From NCBI RefSeq assembly GCF_009914755.1, contig NC_060937.1: a stretch of 64,000 nucleotides of DNA; one strand, written 5' to 3'. The stretch's first letter is position 1. Each line of letters opens with the position of its first letter. The translations under genes were made by a program, and so were the position numbers. Source of the stretch: the human T2T-CHM13v2.0 reference genome, Homo sapiens. Under the pieces are notes generated by a model. It was given only the letters and a program-made list of their open reading frames with translations, was not told where the DNA came from and did no database searches. Below are positions 1 through 12,082 of this stretch, piece after piece.

Positions 1-39
1 TTTCTCTGGGAAGTCTTGACTAATAAAGCAGATTATTCC

Positions 40-177
40 ATTTTTTGCAACCTTGATTTCATTACATATGAAACAGTTAATATTACCCATTTGTAAGATT
101 GTTGTAAGGTTTACGGAATCACGAGTGTAGAGCATCTTGCATAAGGTAGATATTCATTAAATCATAGCTGTTATTGT
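40..177 (+). mobile_element. MIR SINE, 3' fragment (old, diverged)
   Basis: gattgttgtaaggttta...gtgtagagcatcttgcata...tattcattaaatcatagctgttatt resembles the MIR 3' end (ggttgttgtgaggattaaa...ctcaataaatgttagctattatt). Confidence 0.55.
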
Positions 178-2030
178 AGAGATAATTTTGCAGAACACAG
201 AGCTTTCTTTAGACTTTCTTTTTGTTTATTTACCTTTTACTTTTTCTAAAATAAAAATAACAACTTCTGCTGCTAAGGAGAACAAACAAAATCCAAGACC
301 CCTCTTCCCTTCTCTTAAAGTCCTAGAACATGAAGGAAATTCAGTGGGAAAGATAGATACAGAGAACTAGGGGAAGATGGCAAGATAAGCTCCCCCAATA
401 CTTAAAAAAGCTGTTCAACAAAAACTGTGATAAATACAGGCAAATGCAAGACAAGTAAGAACAGGGAGCGGCAGTGACAAGAAACTGTGTTATAGATGTG
501 GTCTCCCTTTTCTTTCTTTTCTCATCAGCGTATTCTAGGCCCAAGGCACAACTTGCCTGTTCTAGAAATAAGTGTTGACTCCTTTGAGTCTCCTTCTATG
601 TTTCACGAGAGGCAGTGTATAAGGTGCAACCATTCTTTCCCACATATTTCAGAAAAGAAAGGAGACAGTGCTAACTTTGCCTTCTACACACACAGTTTGT
701 TGAACTTGTAAGGAGAATGAAACTGAGCCAGGGGGTGTCACTGCTTCTTATCTCTTCCAAGGCAGCAGAAATACCTCCAAATCTGCATGAGGCAAGAAAG
801 CAATCTAACTGAGATGGAGGCACCAGCCCAATCTGCCTCACAAGCTAAAGTTGTGTGGTTTATTCCAGCCATTAACACATTTTAAGAACCTTTCTTTGTG
901 TCTTACAAAGATGGAATTTAAGGAGACATGAAGAAGGTCATGGCAGTAGGGTGGGAGGGAGGATCGAATCTGCTGTCAAGAACGATGGTATAGGTAGTTC
1001 AGAGTCACTTTGTATCAATGTCTTAGAAATATAGCTTTGAGGCACCAAAGAATAAAATTTCAGAAGCCTTTGATTCCTTGGCAGAAGATAACAGGACAGA
1101 GAGCAATCAAACGATGTTTATTAAGAGTGGGAGTCTCCACCTGTCTTCAAGAGTACCTCCTCCCCTGCCATCTGGAGGTGGCCATTGGCAGGTATTCTGC
1201 GGGGGCTGGAATTCCCTGACTGGATTGGTCCACACAAATGGCCCCTTAAACCAATAAACGAAAATGGCAAAACTTCAAAAGACCACAAAATGAAAAATAG
1301 TTCCTCTGTCATGTAAAAAATTCACAGGTTGGCTGGAAGAAGAATGGAAACTTAATGCCCTAATCTTGAAGGAGATAGTTCTAGTTAGTCCAATTATTGT
1401 TTTCATTTCAAACTTTGAAAGAACTTCCTGCAATTAACTTCCTTTTCATTTCTCAGAGTACTGTTCATATTTTGACGTTGTCCCTTTAAAAAGTTCTGGT
1501 CAAAATTATTTCTTACAACATTCTTTCACTCTAATGCCCATTGGGAATACTCTTGATTTCCATTTCCTGTCTCCCCAGGCTCTAACTTCTTTGGACTCTA
1601 CCACTTATAATTGCCAAACCTGGCCTTTCCTCTATGTAACACACATTTTTAGCCTTGGACAGCGGGAGCGGTAGTCATGAGAATTTGAGTCTTTTAGGCT
1701 TGAAGTCAGGATCCAGAGATATGGTTGTAAGTTGTAAGTAGGTGAGCTATTTTGGGTCAGATGGGTTATGTCAGATACTGAGTGGAGGGCTATGCACTAT
1801 TAATTCCTCTGAGTTGTGCTCTTTTGCAGTCAAATTTTTTCTTTATCTTTCTTGACCACTCCTCCCTTACCACGGCAAGGACACACACAATTTTCTATTC
1901 TGCCATTTTTTTTGCTAACTTGTCATGTTATGTGTATATGTGCAGCAATGTTGTGCTATGAGTCATCTTTTGACAAGTTCTCAACCTCTCTTCTTCCATT
2001 TCATCAACTTTTTTTTGACGCAGCCTTCAA

Positions 2031-4455
2031 TTATTATTTTCATTTAAAAAATTTATTTAGGGAGTACATGTGCATGTTTGTTACGAAAATATATTGTGTA
2101 ATGCTGAGATTTGAAGAATGAATGAATCAGTCTCCAAGGTAGTGAGCCTAGTCACCCAATGGTAGTTTTTCAGCCATTACCCTCTTCTTGTATTCCCTAG
2201 TGTCTATTGTTTTCATCTTTGTGTCCATATGTCCTTGATGTTTCCCTCCTACTTATAAGTGCGAACATGTGGTATTTGATTTTCTGTTCCTGCATTAACT
2301 CTCTTGGGATAATGTCTTCCAGCTGCATCTATGTTGCTGCAAAGGATAAGATGTTTTTTTTTTTTTTTTATGCCTGCATAGTATTCTATGGTATATGTGT
2401 ACCACGTTTTCTTTGACTAATACAGAGCTGATGAGTACCTGGGTTGATTCCATGTCTTTGCTATTGTGAATACTGCTGCAATGAATATATGTGTGCATGT
2501 CTTTATGGTAGAATGACTTATTTTCCTTTGGGTATATACCCAGTAGTAGAAGTGCTGGCTTAAATAGTAGCTCAACTCTTAGTTCTTTGAGAAATATTCA
2601 AACTGTTCTCAACAGTATCTGGACTAATCTGCATTCCCACTAGCAGTGTATAAGTGTTGCTGCAGCATCTGTTTTTTTGACTTTTTAACAAAGACCATAC
2701 TGACCAATGATGAGGTGGTATCTCACTGAGGTTTGATTTGCATTTCTCTGATAATTAGTGATGATGAGCATTTTTTCACGTTTGTTGGCTGCTTGTGTGT
2801 CTTCTTTTGAGAAGCGTCTGTTCATGTCCTTTGCCCATGTTTTAATAGGGTTATCTGGTTTTTGCTTGTTGAATTGTTTTTTATAGATTCTGAATATTAG
2901 AACTTTGTCAGATGCATTGTTTGTGAATATTTCCCCCCATTCTGTAGGTTGTCTGTTTACTCCTTTGATAGTGTCTCTTGCTGTGCAAAACCTCTTCAGA
3001 ATTTAATTAGATCCCACTTGTCCATTTTTGTTTTAGTTACAGTTGCTTTTGAGGAGTTAGCCATAAATTATTTGCCAAGGCCAATATTGAGAAGGTTATT
3101 TCCTTTTAGGATTTTTATAGTTTGAGGTCTAACATTTAAGTCTTTAATTCATCTTGAGATAATTTTTGTATATGATGATAGGTAAGGGTCTAGTTTCATT
3201 CTTCTATATATGGATAGCCAGTTATCCTAGCATCATTCATTGAATAGGGAGTCTTTTTCCTATTGCTTATTTTCGTTTGTCGAAGATCAGTTGGTTGTAG
3301 GTGCATGGCTTTATTTCTGCATTCTCCATTCTGTTCCATTGGTCTATGTGTCTGTTTTTCTACTAGTACCATGCTGTTTTAGTTATGATAGGCTTGTAGT
3401 ATCGTTTGAAGTCAGGTAATGTTATGCCTCTGGCCTTGTTTTCTTTTTGCTTAATATTTGCTTTGGCTATTTGGATTCTTATTTGGTTCTGCTTGAATTT
3501 TATAAATTTTGTAAATCTGTAGAAAATGGCATTGGAATTTGTTGAGAATAGCATTAAATCTGTAAATTTATTTGGGCAGTATGGCCATTCTAACAATATT
3601 GACTCTTCCTGTACATGAGCATAGAATGTTTCTACACTTGTTTGTGTCATCTATGATTTCTTTCAGCAGTGTTATATAATTCTACTTCCTTGGTTAACTG
3701 TGTACCTGGGTATTTTATTCTTTTTGTGGCTATTATAAATGAGATTGTGTTCTTGATTTGACTCTCAGCTTGAACATTATTCATGTATAGAAATGCTACT
3801 ATTTTTTGTACATTGATTTTGTATCCTGAAACTTTGCTGAAGTCATTTATCAGTTCCAGAAGACTTTTCGTGGAGTCTTTAGGGTTTTATAGGTATGAAT
3901 TACATTATCTGTGCAGAGGGATAGTTTAACTTCTTTTCCTATTGGATGCTTTTTATTTCTTTCTCTTGCCTGATTGCTCTTGCTGGGACTTCCAGTACTA
4001 TGTTGACTAGGAGTGGTGAGAGTGGGCATCCTTGTCTTATTCCACTTCTCAAGGAAAATGTTTCCAGCTTTTGCCCATTCCATATGATGTTGTCTGTGGG
4101 TTTGCTGTAGATGACTCTTATTATTTTGAGGTATGTTCTTTCCATGACTATTTTTGATGAGGATTTTTAACATGAAGAGATTGTTAATTTTATCAGAAGC
4201 TTATCCATATCTATTGATATCTATTGAGGTAATCATGTGGTTTTTGTTTTTAATTCTATTTATGTGGAGAATCACATTTATTGATTTGCATATGTGGAAT
4301 CAACCTCTCATCCCAGGAATAAAACCTACTTGACCATGGCGAATTAGTTTTTTGATATGCTGCTGAATTCAGTTTGCTATATTTTGTTGAGGATTTTTGT
4401 GTCTATATTCATCAGAGTTATTGGTCTGAAGTTTTTCTTTATTGCGTCTCTGCCA
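2031..4455 (-). mobile_element. LINE-1, 5'-truncated (~2.4 kb), L1PA15/16-like
   Basis: Antisense L1 3'UTR (gtacatgtgcatgtttgttac...gtagtgagcctagtcacccaat). ORF2 remnants in the ORF track: 3363-3650 ([14 protein letters not shown]...KTAWY) and 3939-4145 ([14 protein letters not shown]). Many stops and frameshifts. Confidence 0.93.
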
Positions 4456-4461
4456 CACTTC

Positions 4462-4596
4462 CTCCACTTTAAAGTGGTACTAATAACACTTACTTCTGGA
4501 ACTATGCAGAAAATTAAATAACACTGTGTGTATGAAGTGTCTTGTGCTCTGCCTGGTACACATCAGTGTACTATAAATGGTAATTATCACTATTAT
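4462..4596 (+). mobile_element. MIR SINE, 3' fragment
   Basis: aaagtggtactaataacacttac...aaattaaataa...gcctggtacacatcagtgtactataaatggtaattatcactatta matches the MIR 3' half. Confidence 0.65.
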
Positions 4597-4684
4597 GTGA
4601 CTCAGATAGAATAGGTTATGCATTCTATGGTGAAGAGACAGAAGGAGAGTGTAGGCCAGGAATAGGTAGGGGAATGCCTATGTA

Positions 4685-4752
4685 TATCTATCTATCTATC
4701 TATCTGTCTATCTATCTATCTATCTATCTATCATCTATCTAACTATCTATCT
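4685..4752. repeat. Interrupted (TATC)n tetranucleotide microsatellite
   Basis: tatctatctatc... run with tgtc, atc and aac interruptions, read directly. Confidence 0.97.
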
Positions 4753-4769
4753 AAAGATCAAACCAAGTT

Positions 4770-5600
4770 CAGAGATTGGACTTTCTGGCCAAACAAAGGC
4801 AGAAGGCAAAAAGTACTGGAGATAGTTTGTATGTATACAAATGGCTACAAGGGAGCAGAGTGAAGCGTAGTCCATTGATGGCAAGAAGGTGTCAAATCAT
4901 GGGCAAAGCCCTGAAATATAACAAGCTAGAAAGCTTCAGCCAGAATATGAGGGACTATGGGCACTCAGACATAGGTTGTTTGTTCTCTGACTTGGTAGCA
5001 GCAGCCACTTAGTAAGGATGGATGTGGTTGCTTGTTACATGTGGGAATTGACCAGCTTTTTCTGGCTCACACAGCTAGCAAGATAATTAAAATTTGATCT
5101 CAGAACTTCTAAACACCAGTTAACTCTACAGAGCAAGCATTTCAACACATCCCAGATTTCTGAAATGCATGCTTTATGACAACTCTTCAGGAAACAGGAG
5201 ATGTTTGAGCTAACTTGAATGGCATGCTCAGCAAAAGGCCACAAATAAGGGAGCACAGGATGGTTAGAGAAGTTGGAGGAGAGGGTGACTGCATGTAGGC
5301 ACAAAATGGGTGTGATAGTGAACAACGAGCTTCAAAAAAGTGCAATTTGAAGTCTCTTTGATATAAAAATATGAATGTTACTTGAAGTCATGGAGTTTTT
5401 AAAGAGATCATTCGAATATTTTAAGAAGTGACATGATTAGATTTGTGTTTGAATATGTTGTGAATGAATTGAAAAGAAACTGGAGGCTAGTAGATCAGTT
5501 AGGATATATTTCAATACATGATTAAAAATGTAAATAAGGTCAATTTAGGAGGTTTTAGTGATGTTGCAGAGGAGGAAGAGCTTCAACAGACATTAAGGAT
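4770..5600 (-). mobile_element. L2 LINE relic(s), probably interrupted by a MIR piece near 5040-5115
   Basis: L2-like motifs gaagtgacatgattagatttgtgttt and gaaactggaggctagtagatcagttagga. MIR-like ggctcacacagctagcaag. Highly diverged. Confidence 0.45.
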
Positions 5601-7498
5601 ATTTAATGCAGAGGGAGTGAGAAGGAGGGGTCATTAAGTGAGATAATAGGCACAGGAGAAGAAATAGCTTCTGCTACCAAGAGATTCTTGCCAGTTGGCT
5701 TGAGACCTGCTTTATCAGGAGAGTTTTGGCTGATGACATACACCTTGTTAGAACTTTGCCTAATATATATATTTCTGGGAAAAATCCAGTTCATGGCCTT
5801 TCTAATCTGTGAAGTAGAGGGATATCCTCATATCTTAGTGAATCATGGTGTATTTGTCTTTGCAATCTTTTTGCACTTGAATTGCATATTCTCTGAATCA
5901 CTGTTTATATCTCTATATATGAAGAGTGTTGATGAACACTAAAGCATATTTGATGGAAAATCATAGTTACACAACAGTAATTTTTTTCTGATACTAAAGA
6001 TGAAGCATTAAAAGTATTACTTTAATTAAATCAACAGGCCATCTCACCATATTGTAGCATGCCTATAGTTACCTGTTTAGTTTACATGTTCCATAAGTAT
6101 TCTTTACAAAAAACCCAGCACCATCTACCATGATATGCCCAGAAAACTGATTATTTTTGTAGGTGTTGAAATGGATATACATTTAGCTTTGTCTTTATAA
6201 GTGTTTATGATGAAATGTTATAGAGTATTAAGCAATAAAACCCTTTATGGCATTTTTTCCTAAAATCTAATACAGCATGATACCGAACTTAATACCCTAA
6301 TTGCAAACTAACAGGAGATGGTTTTACAATTACTTTAATGTTTGTAAGGTTGTGACTCATGAACAAATTACTTTCATGGTTGGATTGCATTAATACAAGA
6401 CAGGGTGTGAATTTTTAAAACGGATCAACAAGATGGGACACATTTAGGTGTGGACATATTTACGTAATATGTTTAAATATGGGCATAAAGAAGCCGAAAA
6501 ACAAATACATCCTTTGGCATGTTCGGTACTTAAAGAGGGATTTGTGCACTATTTTATTAATAAACATTTATGGAGATTGAATGAAAATTGGCATCAGGTA
6601 GGATCCTGGCAAGTAATTCTTTAGTAGAGCAAGTTGAAAGCTAGTGACACCTTAAATCCTTAAGAAAATATGGAATAAGGCCACTTGCAAATCCTTCATT
6701 TACAACAAATGGAATGTAAGCTCATTCCAAAGGTAAGCTCATTTGACCCTCAACAGTGGCAAATGAAATTAAAACAATAATGGTGGTGAGAATCTGAGAA
6801 AAAGGAAAATAGCCATACAATCCAAGAAATTAAAATGGGATAATACTGTGCTTTTTACCTTGTAATACGCCTTGCTCACAGGTGACATTCTAACTTACCC
6901 TGGCAAGTGTCAGTCATCCTGTTTGTCCTGTTCTACACTGATTTTGCAAATATAGCCCTGTTATTGCTATGCATTTTACCCACTTTTGAGTCCTGCACCC
7001 CTTGATGGATTTTAAGAATAGGTACTATGCCTAATGTAGTTCTCGTATACAGTAGCCTCTTTAATGGGCTGACAAGGTCTTAAACACCTCTTTCCGGAAC
7101 ATTTAACAAGGTCAAAAACCTGAGTCTTCTCTATGGTTCCAAAACACACACCAAGTGTCTCCTAACCAACTCTGCCTATGGGTAAGACCAGTCTGCTCAT
7201 AGGCAATCTCTGAGCAAGTTCAGAACTGTGCAGTAAGTAGAATGCTATGAATTACCATTTATATTACACTTAAATTGGTCTTATTAAGAGATTAACTATA
7301 GGACAAAGGATAACTCCTAGAGGCTTAAGAACTCTTTTGAAAAATGTATCTCTTTGGAGGAATCTAGAAAAAAACATCATCCAACTAAAAAGATATTTGG
7401 TTGTGTGGGGGAGGCAGGGCATAGGGAGATTATATAACAAGGGAAAGAAGCTCAGAGGTACTACAGACATGTATTCTAGCAACATTTCTCTCCGTCTC

Positions 7499-7537
7499 TG
7501 TGTGTGTGTGTGTACATGTGGGGGGTGTGTGTGTGTG
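7499..7537. repeat. Imperfect (TG)n microsatellite
   Basis: Two TG runs separated by tacatgtggggg. Confidence 0.85.
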
Positions 7538-8029
7538 ACTGAGACATATATATGTATACATGTTTGAAAGAGACATTTTTTACATGGGCTAAATCGAATA
7601 GATGCTTGCACCATATTGCACTTTTGCTCTATTTCTTTGGATATTCTGTCACTAAACCTCAGGAAATTAGATCAAATTGTTTTTCGCTGCTTTGAACATT
7701 GGTTTAGAATTTCTGGAATTCCAACTCTATAGGCAGATAATGGACAGCATCTTTGGGGAGCTTTTATGGACAGCAGCTTCTTCTCCAGAAATAGTTAGCA
7801 AGAGACTGTAAAACAAATACCCTTGGCCTGAGTTTTCTGGCATTTTTAGGATTCTTCCCTTCCTACTTTGGCTTATAGCTCTTTTTTTTTTTTTTTTTCT
7901 AGCATTTCTAGAGAGCAACTAATACCAGTGCTTTTAAGTAAAAATCACAAGCTTCTCTCAAGGACGAATTTTGCTGTAAAGCTTCTCAGAATACTTGGAG
8001 ATTGGAGATCATCTACAGGATATATATTT

Positions 8030-8405
8030 AAGTGACAGCAAGTTAATTAAGAAAGTAAAGGAATAAAAGAATGGCTACTCCATAGGCAGAGCAGTGGCAT
8101 GGGCTGCTCGACTGAATATATTTATCGTTATTTCTTGATTATATGCTAAGCAAGGATTGGATTATTCATGAGTTTTCTGGGAAAGGGGTAAGCAATTTCT
8201 GGAACTGAGGATTCCTCTCCTTTTTAGACCATATAGAGTAACTTCCTGATGTTGCCATGGCATTTGTAAACTGCCAGGGCACTGGTGGGAGTGTCTTTTA
8301 GATTGCTAATGTCTTATAATCAGTGAATAATGATCAATGAGGATGACCAGAGGTCATTTTTGTTGTCATCTTGGTTTTGGTGGGGTTTGACCAACTCCTT
8401 GACCA
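8030..8405 (-). mobile_element. MER41B-like ERV1 LTR, internal fragment lacking both termini
   Basis: Reverse complement reads cccaccaaaaccaagatg...gacctctggtcatcctc...tttacaaatgccatggcaacatcaggaagtt...ctgcctatggagtagccattcttttattcctttactttctt, characteristic of MER41B. Confidence 0.88.
8175..8183. promoter_or_regulatory. GAS (STAT-binding) motif TTCTGGGAA inside MER41B
   Basis: Exact TTCN3GAA. The second MER41B GAS site, 8196-8204, has decayed to TTTCTGGAA. Motif only; function is not shown. Confidence 0.5.
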
Positions 8406-8504
8406 CCTCCTACATTTTCTTGATGACTGAAAAGTATTCTGAGTGTTCCCTTAGGATTTATTTTGAAGGAAATAATCATGCTCCTTATACCCACTTCTAT
8501 TAGG

Positions 8505-8846
8505 TTTTTGTTTGTTTGTTTGTTTTGTTTTTGGTCTGTTTGTTTGTTCTTTTGAGACAGAGTCTCGCTCTGCTGTCTAGGCTGGAGGGCAGTGACTTGA
8601 TCTCGGCTCACTACAACCTCTGGCCTCCCAAGTTCAAGTGATTCTCGTGCCTCAGCCTCCCAAGAAGCTGGGATTACAGGCATGCACCACCATGCCTAGC
8701 TAGTTTTTGTATTTTTTTTTTTTTTTAGTAGAGACGGGGTTTTGCCATGTTGCCCAGGCTGGTCTTGAACTCCTGGCCTCAAGCAATCCACCTGCCTCAG
8801 CTACCAAAAGTGCTGGGATTAAAGGTGTGAGCCACTGCACCTGGCC
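8505..8846 (-). mobile_element. Alu, AluJ(b)-like, with a (TTTG)n-type tail
   Basis: Dimeric Alu in antisense (gagacagagtctcgctc...gagccactgcacctggcc) with J-type gttgcccaggctgg...cctggcctcaagcaatcc. Confidence 0.95.
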
Positions 8847-8932
8847 GAGTTTTTATACACCCCAAAATATCTTCACACATATTATATTGACAAGTTTTCC
8901 TAACTGGAAGTGTCCAAACTCAGGTACTATTA

Positions 8933-9564
8933 TGTCAGCTCAACCTAGTTGTGCTAACTCCAACCTGGGGGCCAGGAGGTTTCACAATGATTCAATGGTC
9001 AATTAAATTCATTTGAATTCAAGGTTTATTGCAAGGTTTTTCACCAGCCAACAAACATGCGAATATATTTGACACACACGGGCAGTAATAAGAGAGAGAA
9101 AACTAATGATAACGAATAGCTTAGAACCTGGGCAATCTGGATTTCCCTCCAAACATCAACCAGAGATGGGGGTGGAAGTCACTGCTCTTCCCCAGGCAGA
9201 GCTTCCTTGGGCCACTGCCAATGTCCACTGCCAATGGAGTTCCAAGACAGAGCTTCTGCAGGTGTCTTGATTGTGGTCAGTTTCTTTGCTGTGTTTATGT
9301 CCCTCTGCAGAAATATCCATGGTCATTATATACTCTGCCTCTTGTCTTCACTTTCTTTTCAGGTCTCAGGGGTGCCTGGCCACAGTAGGTGTTATCACGT
9401 CAGTCCACTGTACATATGCTTATCACTTTGAGGGGTCAACAGTTTCACTGTGGGATGAGTTGTTGTAAATGACAACTTGTCATACATGACACAATTTTGA
9501 GAAATTTAGGATTAATAAAACATTATGCATCAGGTGCCCATGATACTTAGTAAAAGCTCTGACA
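8933..9564 (-). mobile_element. Putative old solo LTR, family not recognised
   Basis: Bounded by inverted tgtcag...ctgaca (TG...CA), ~630 bp long, with an antisense AATAAA (tttatt near 9025). It appears to interrupt L2-like sequence. TSD is not convincing. Confidence 0.4.
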
Positions 9565-9599
9565 GATTTTTCATATGTCTGTGCCATATATCTGTGCAT

Positions 9600-10372
9600 T
9601 CTGGACATCACTTTCTTTCTCTTTTATGTCCACATATCTAGTCCTGTTCATTATACCTTCTTGGGAATCTCTTGAATCTTCTCTCCATCCCAAGCACCAT
9701 CACCCTAACAGAGCCACCGTTTCTCATGTGGATGTTGTAAAATCCTCTTTGGTTTCCCTACATCCACCACTGATTTCCTCTGATGATTCTTCATACAATA
9801 GTCAAAGTAACTTTATAATAGTAGAGAGATCATTATATTCTTTTTCTAGTTAAACCTCTTCCAATGACTCCTAATTGTTCTTAAGGTAGGTCCAAAATCT
9901 TTAATGTTATCCATAAGGTTCTGTAGAGATTGGGACCTGCCTACCTCAGGAACCTCATCTCTTGTAATGTTCTCTTTTGAGCTATGATCTCTGGCCATCT
10001 TCCAGTATTTTTCTCTTGTCTGCCTCAGGAACCTTCATGCATTCTCTTTCCTCTTTGTGGAAATAATTTTCTACACTCCTCCATCCACTCCTTCATCCAG
10101 CTAACTCATATTAATTCTTTACATTTTAACTTATATATTCTTTGGGGATAATTCCTTGACTCCATTTATCACCTTATGAATAGATAGGATCAATTATATA
10201 CTCTCAGCACAATATACTTCATTAGGCAATCATCATTGTCATCAATTGTGTATACTTATCTTCTTCTTTAGACTTTAAACTCCAAATGAGCATGAGCCAT
10301 ATCTTGTTCTTTTTACTTTATACCACTGCATTCTCTATGCTTGGCATCCAGTAGATGAACAGTAAATATTTA
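9600..10372 (+). mobile_element. L2 LINE 3' region
   Basis: L2 motifs ttaaacctcttccaatgactcc, cctgcctacctc, gcctcaggaaccttcatgcatt, tagactttaaactcca and gcttggcatccagtagatgaacagtaaatattt. Confidence 0.75.
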
Positions 10373-11227
10373 TCTTTCACTTGCTAGTGTCTGTGGAAGT
10401 GCACGCATAGCCCTTAGTTCAATAAGGTAAATTTGAACAATGCCTCCAGTGAGTTCCTGATTATAAAATTAATATTTTGGACCACATAAAAAATTTAAAT
10501 TTTTTCTCTTGTTTAATATGAACAAAACTTCTCATGTTAATAGCATGTCCCTGAAAAATTATGTCTTTTTAAAAAATCTCATATGATGCCTTCACAATAT
10601 ATAAATACATAGTTGGTGAATTCTTAATAATGCTTGGGAGGGCTTTCCATTGCCTTAATTCTTTGTCTTCTTCAACATCTCTAGGGATTTGTTGATTTCA
10701 TTTCATTGTCCTTTTAGTTTAATATTAACTTCTGAATTCTAAGAACCTGGTAGAAATTTCTCAAATAACTCACCTGGAAGATTCTTTAAATTACATACCA
10801 CCATGTTCTACTCAAAACTATCTCTTTGCTTCTGGAACAGATTTAAGAACTTTTATCCTCTCTCATGGGGTGCATTACTTTCCAGTCTGGTACATTGTCT
10901 AGAAAAGTGTCGGTGACCCTGATTCATCAAGTCATGGGCTACTTTTCACCCCCAAATTTCTTAGTCATTGTCTCTGCTGTGGGGCCCCACTAGTTCCATG
11001 CCATTAAAATTCAGACTTGAGTCATCTTCATTGAAAATAATATTGATACTATCCAAAGGAAATACAAACAATTTAAAAAATATATAGATCAAGTCTATGT
11101 TTATAGCTTTTTCTTTTCTAGGACTAAAGTTTTAAATTTACCTATTTACTAAATGGTAACATTTTTATGGCCTCTCATCGGGTTTGGAATATATATATAT
11201 GTGTGTATTATATATATTATTTCAAAT

Positions 11228-11792
11228 TTCAATTCTGTGTGGATTGAGATGGGTGAGGAAGCTGCAGAAGAAAAGGGGTGAAGATAACATAGTATGAGGT
11301 TAAAGGAAAGAAGCCATCTCCATATCATAAAAGTGCAAGGTAAAGCAGTAAGTGCTGATGTAGAAGCTGCAGCAAGTTATCCAGAAGATCTAAGATAATT
11401 GATGAAGATAACTACACTAAACAACACATTTTTAATGCAGATGAAACAGCTTTCGGTTGAAAGAAGACACCAACTAGGACATTTATAACTAAGAGGGGAT
11501 GTCAGTGTCTCGCTTCAGAGCTACAAAAAATAGGCCGATACTCTTATTAGATGCTAATACAGCTGATGACCTTAAACTGAAGCCAACGCTCATTTCCCAT
11601 TCAAAAAAGCATAGGGCTCTTAAAAATTCTAAAGAATTTTGCTAAATTTACTCTGCATGTCCTCTATAAATGAAATAACTAAGCCTGGGTGACAGCATAT
11701 CTATTTATCTAATGGTTTATTGAACATTTTAAGCCTGCTGTTGAGATCTAATGCTAAAAAATATATATATTTTTCAAAACATTACTGTTTGT
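11228..11792 (+). mobile_element. Tigger1 (Tc1/mariner-pogo) internal transposase fragment, decayed
   Basis: gaggaagctgcagaagaaaag...aagtgcaaggtaaagcagtaagtgctgatgtagaagctgcagcaagttatccagaagatct...tttaatgcagatgaaacagc (FNADET motif)...aagcctgggtgacagca. No TIRs; multiple stops. Confidence 0.9.
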
Positions 11793-12082
11793 TTTGGTTG
11801 GTAGGTTTTTTGTCATTAAATATGAAAGTATAATTTTTCATAATTAAAAGACATTGTTTAAAGCAAAAATAATAGCAATGTATTGTGGAGGTTTTAACAT
11901 GAGGGAAAGTAAAACATTTGACTACAATTACACATGAGAGATATTAATGTCATTATGCTTTTTAAAGATTATTTTAAAGGGTATCAGATATTTACTTAGG
12001 TGGGTCTTAATAGCAATTATAAAAGGATTTCTACTTAAATTATCTCATTTAAACTTGAAAACATGACCCTACAAGTTAGGAA

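Noticed and set aside
465-1683. Similar 20-mers gggagcggcagtgacaagaa (~465) and gggagcggtagtcatgagaa (~1664)
   Set aside because: Only two copies, several mismatches and no flanking homology; compatible with chance.
11228-11792. Tigger1 fragment as a domesticated transposase exon
   Set aside because: Multiple stops and frameshifts, and no ORF of 60 aa or more in the track.
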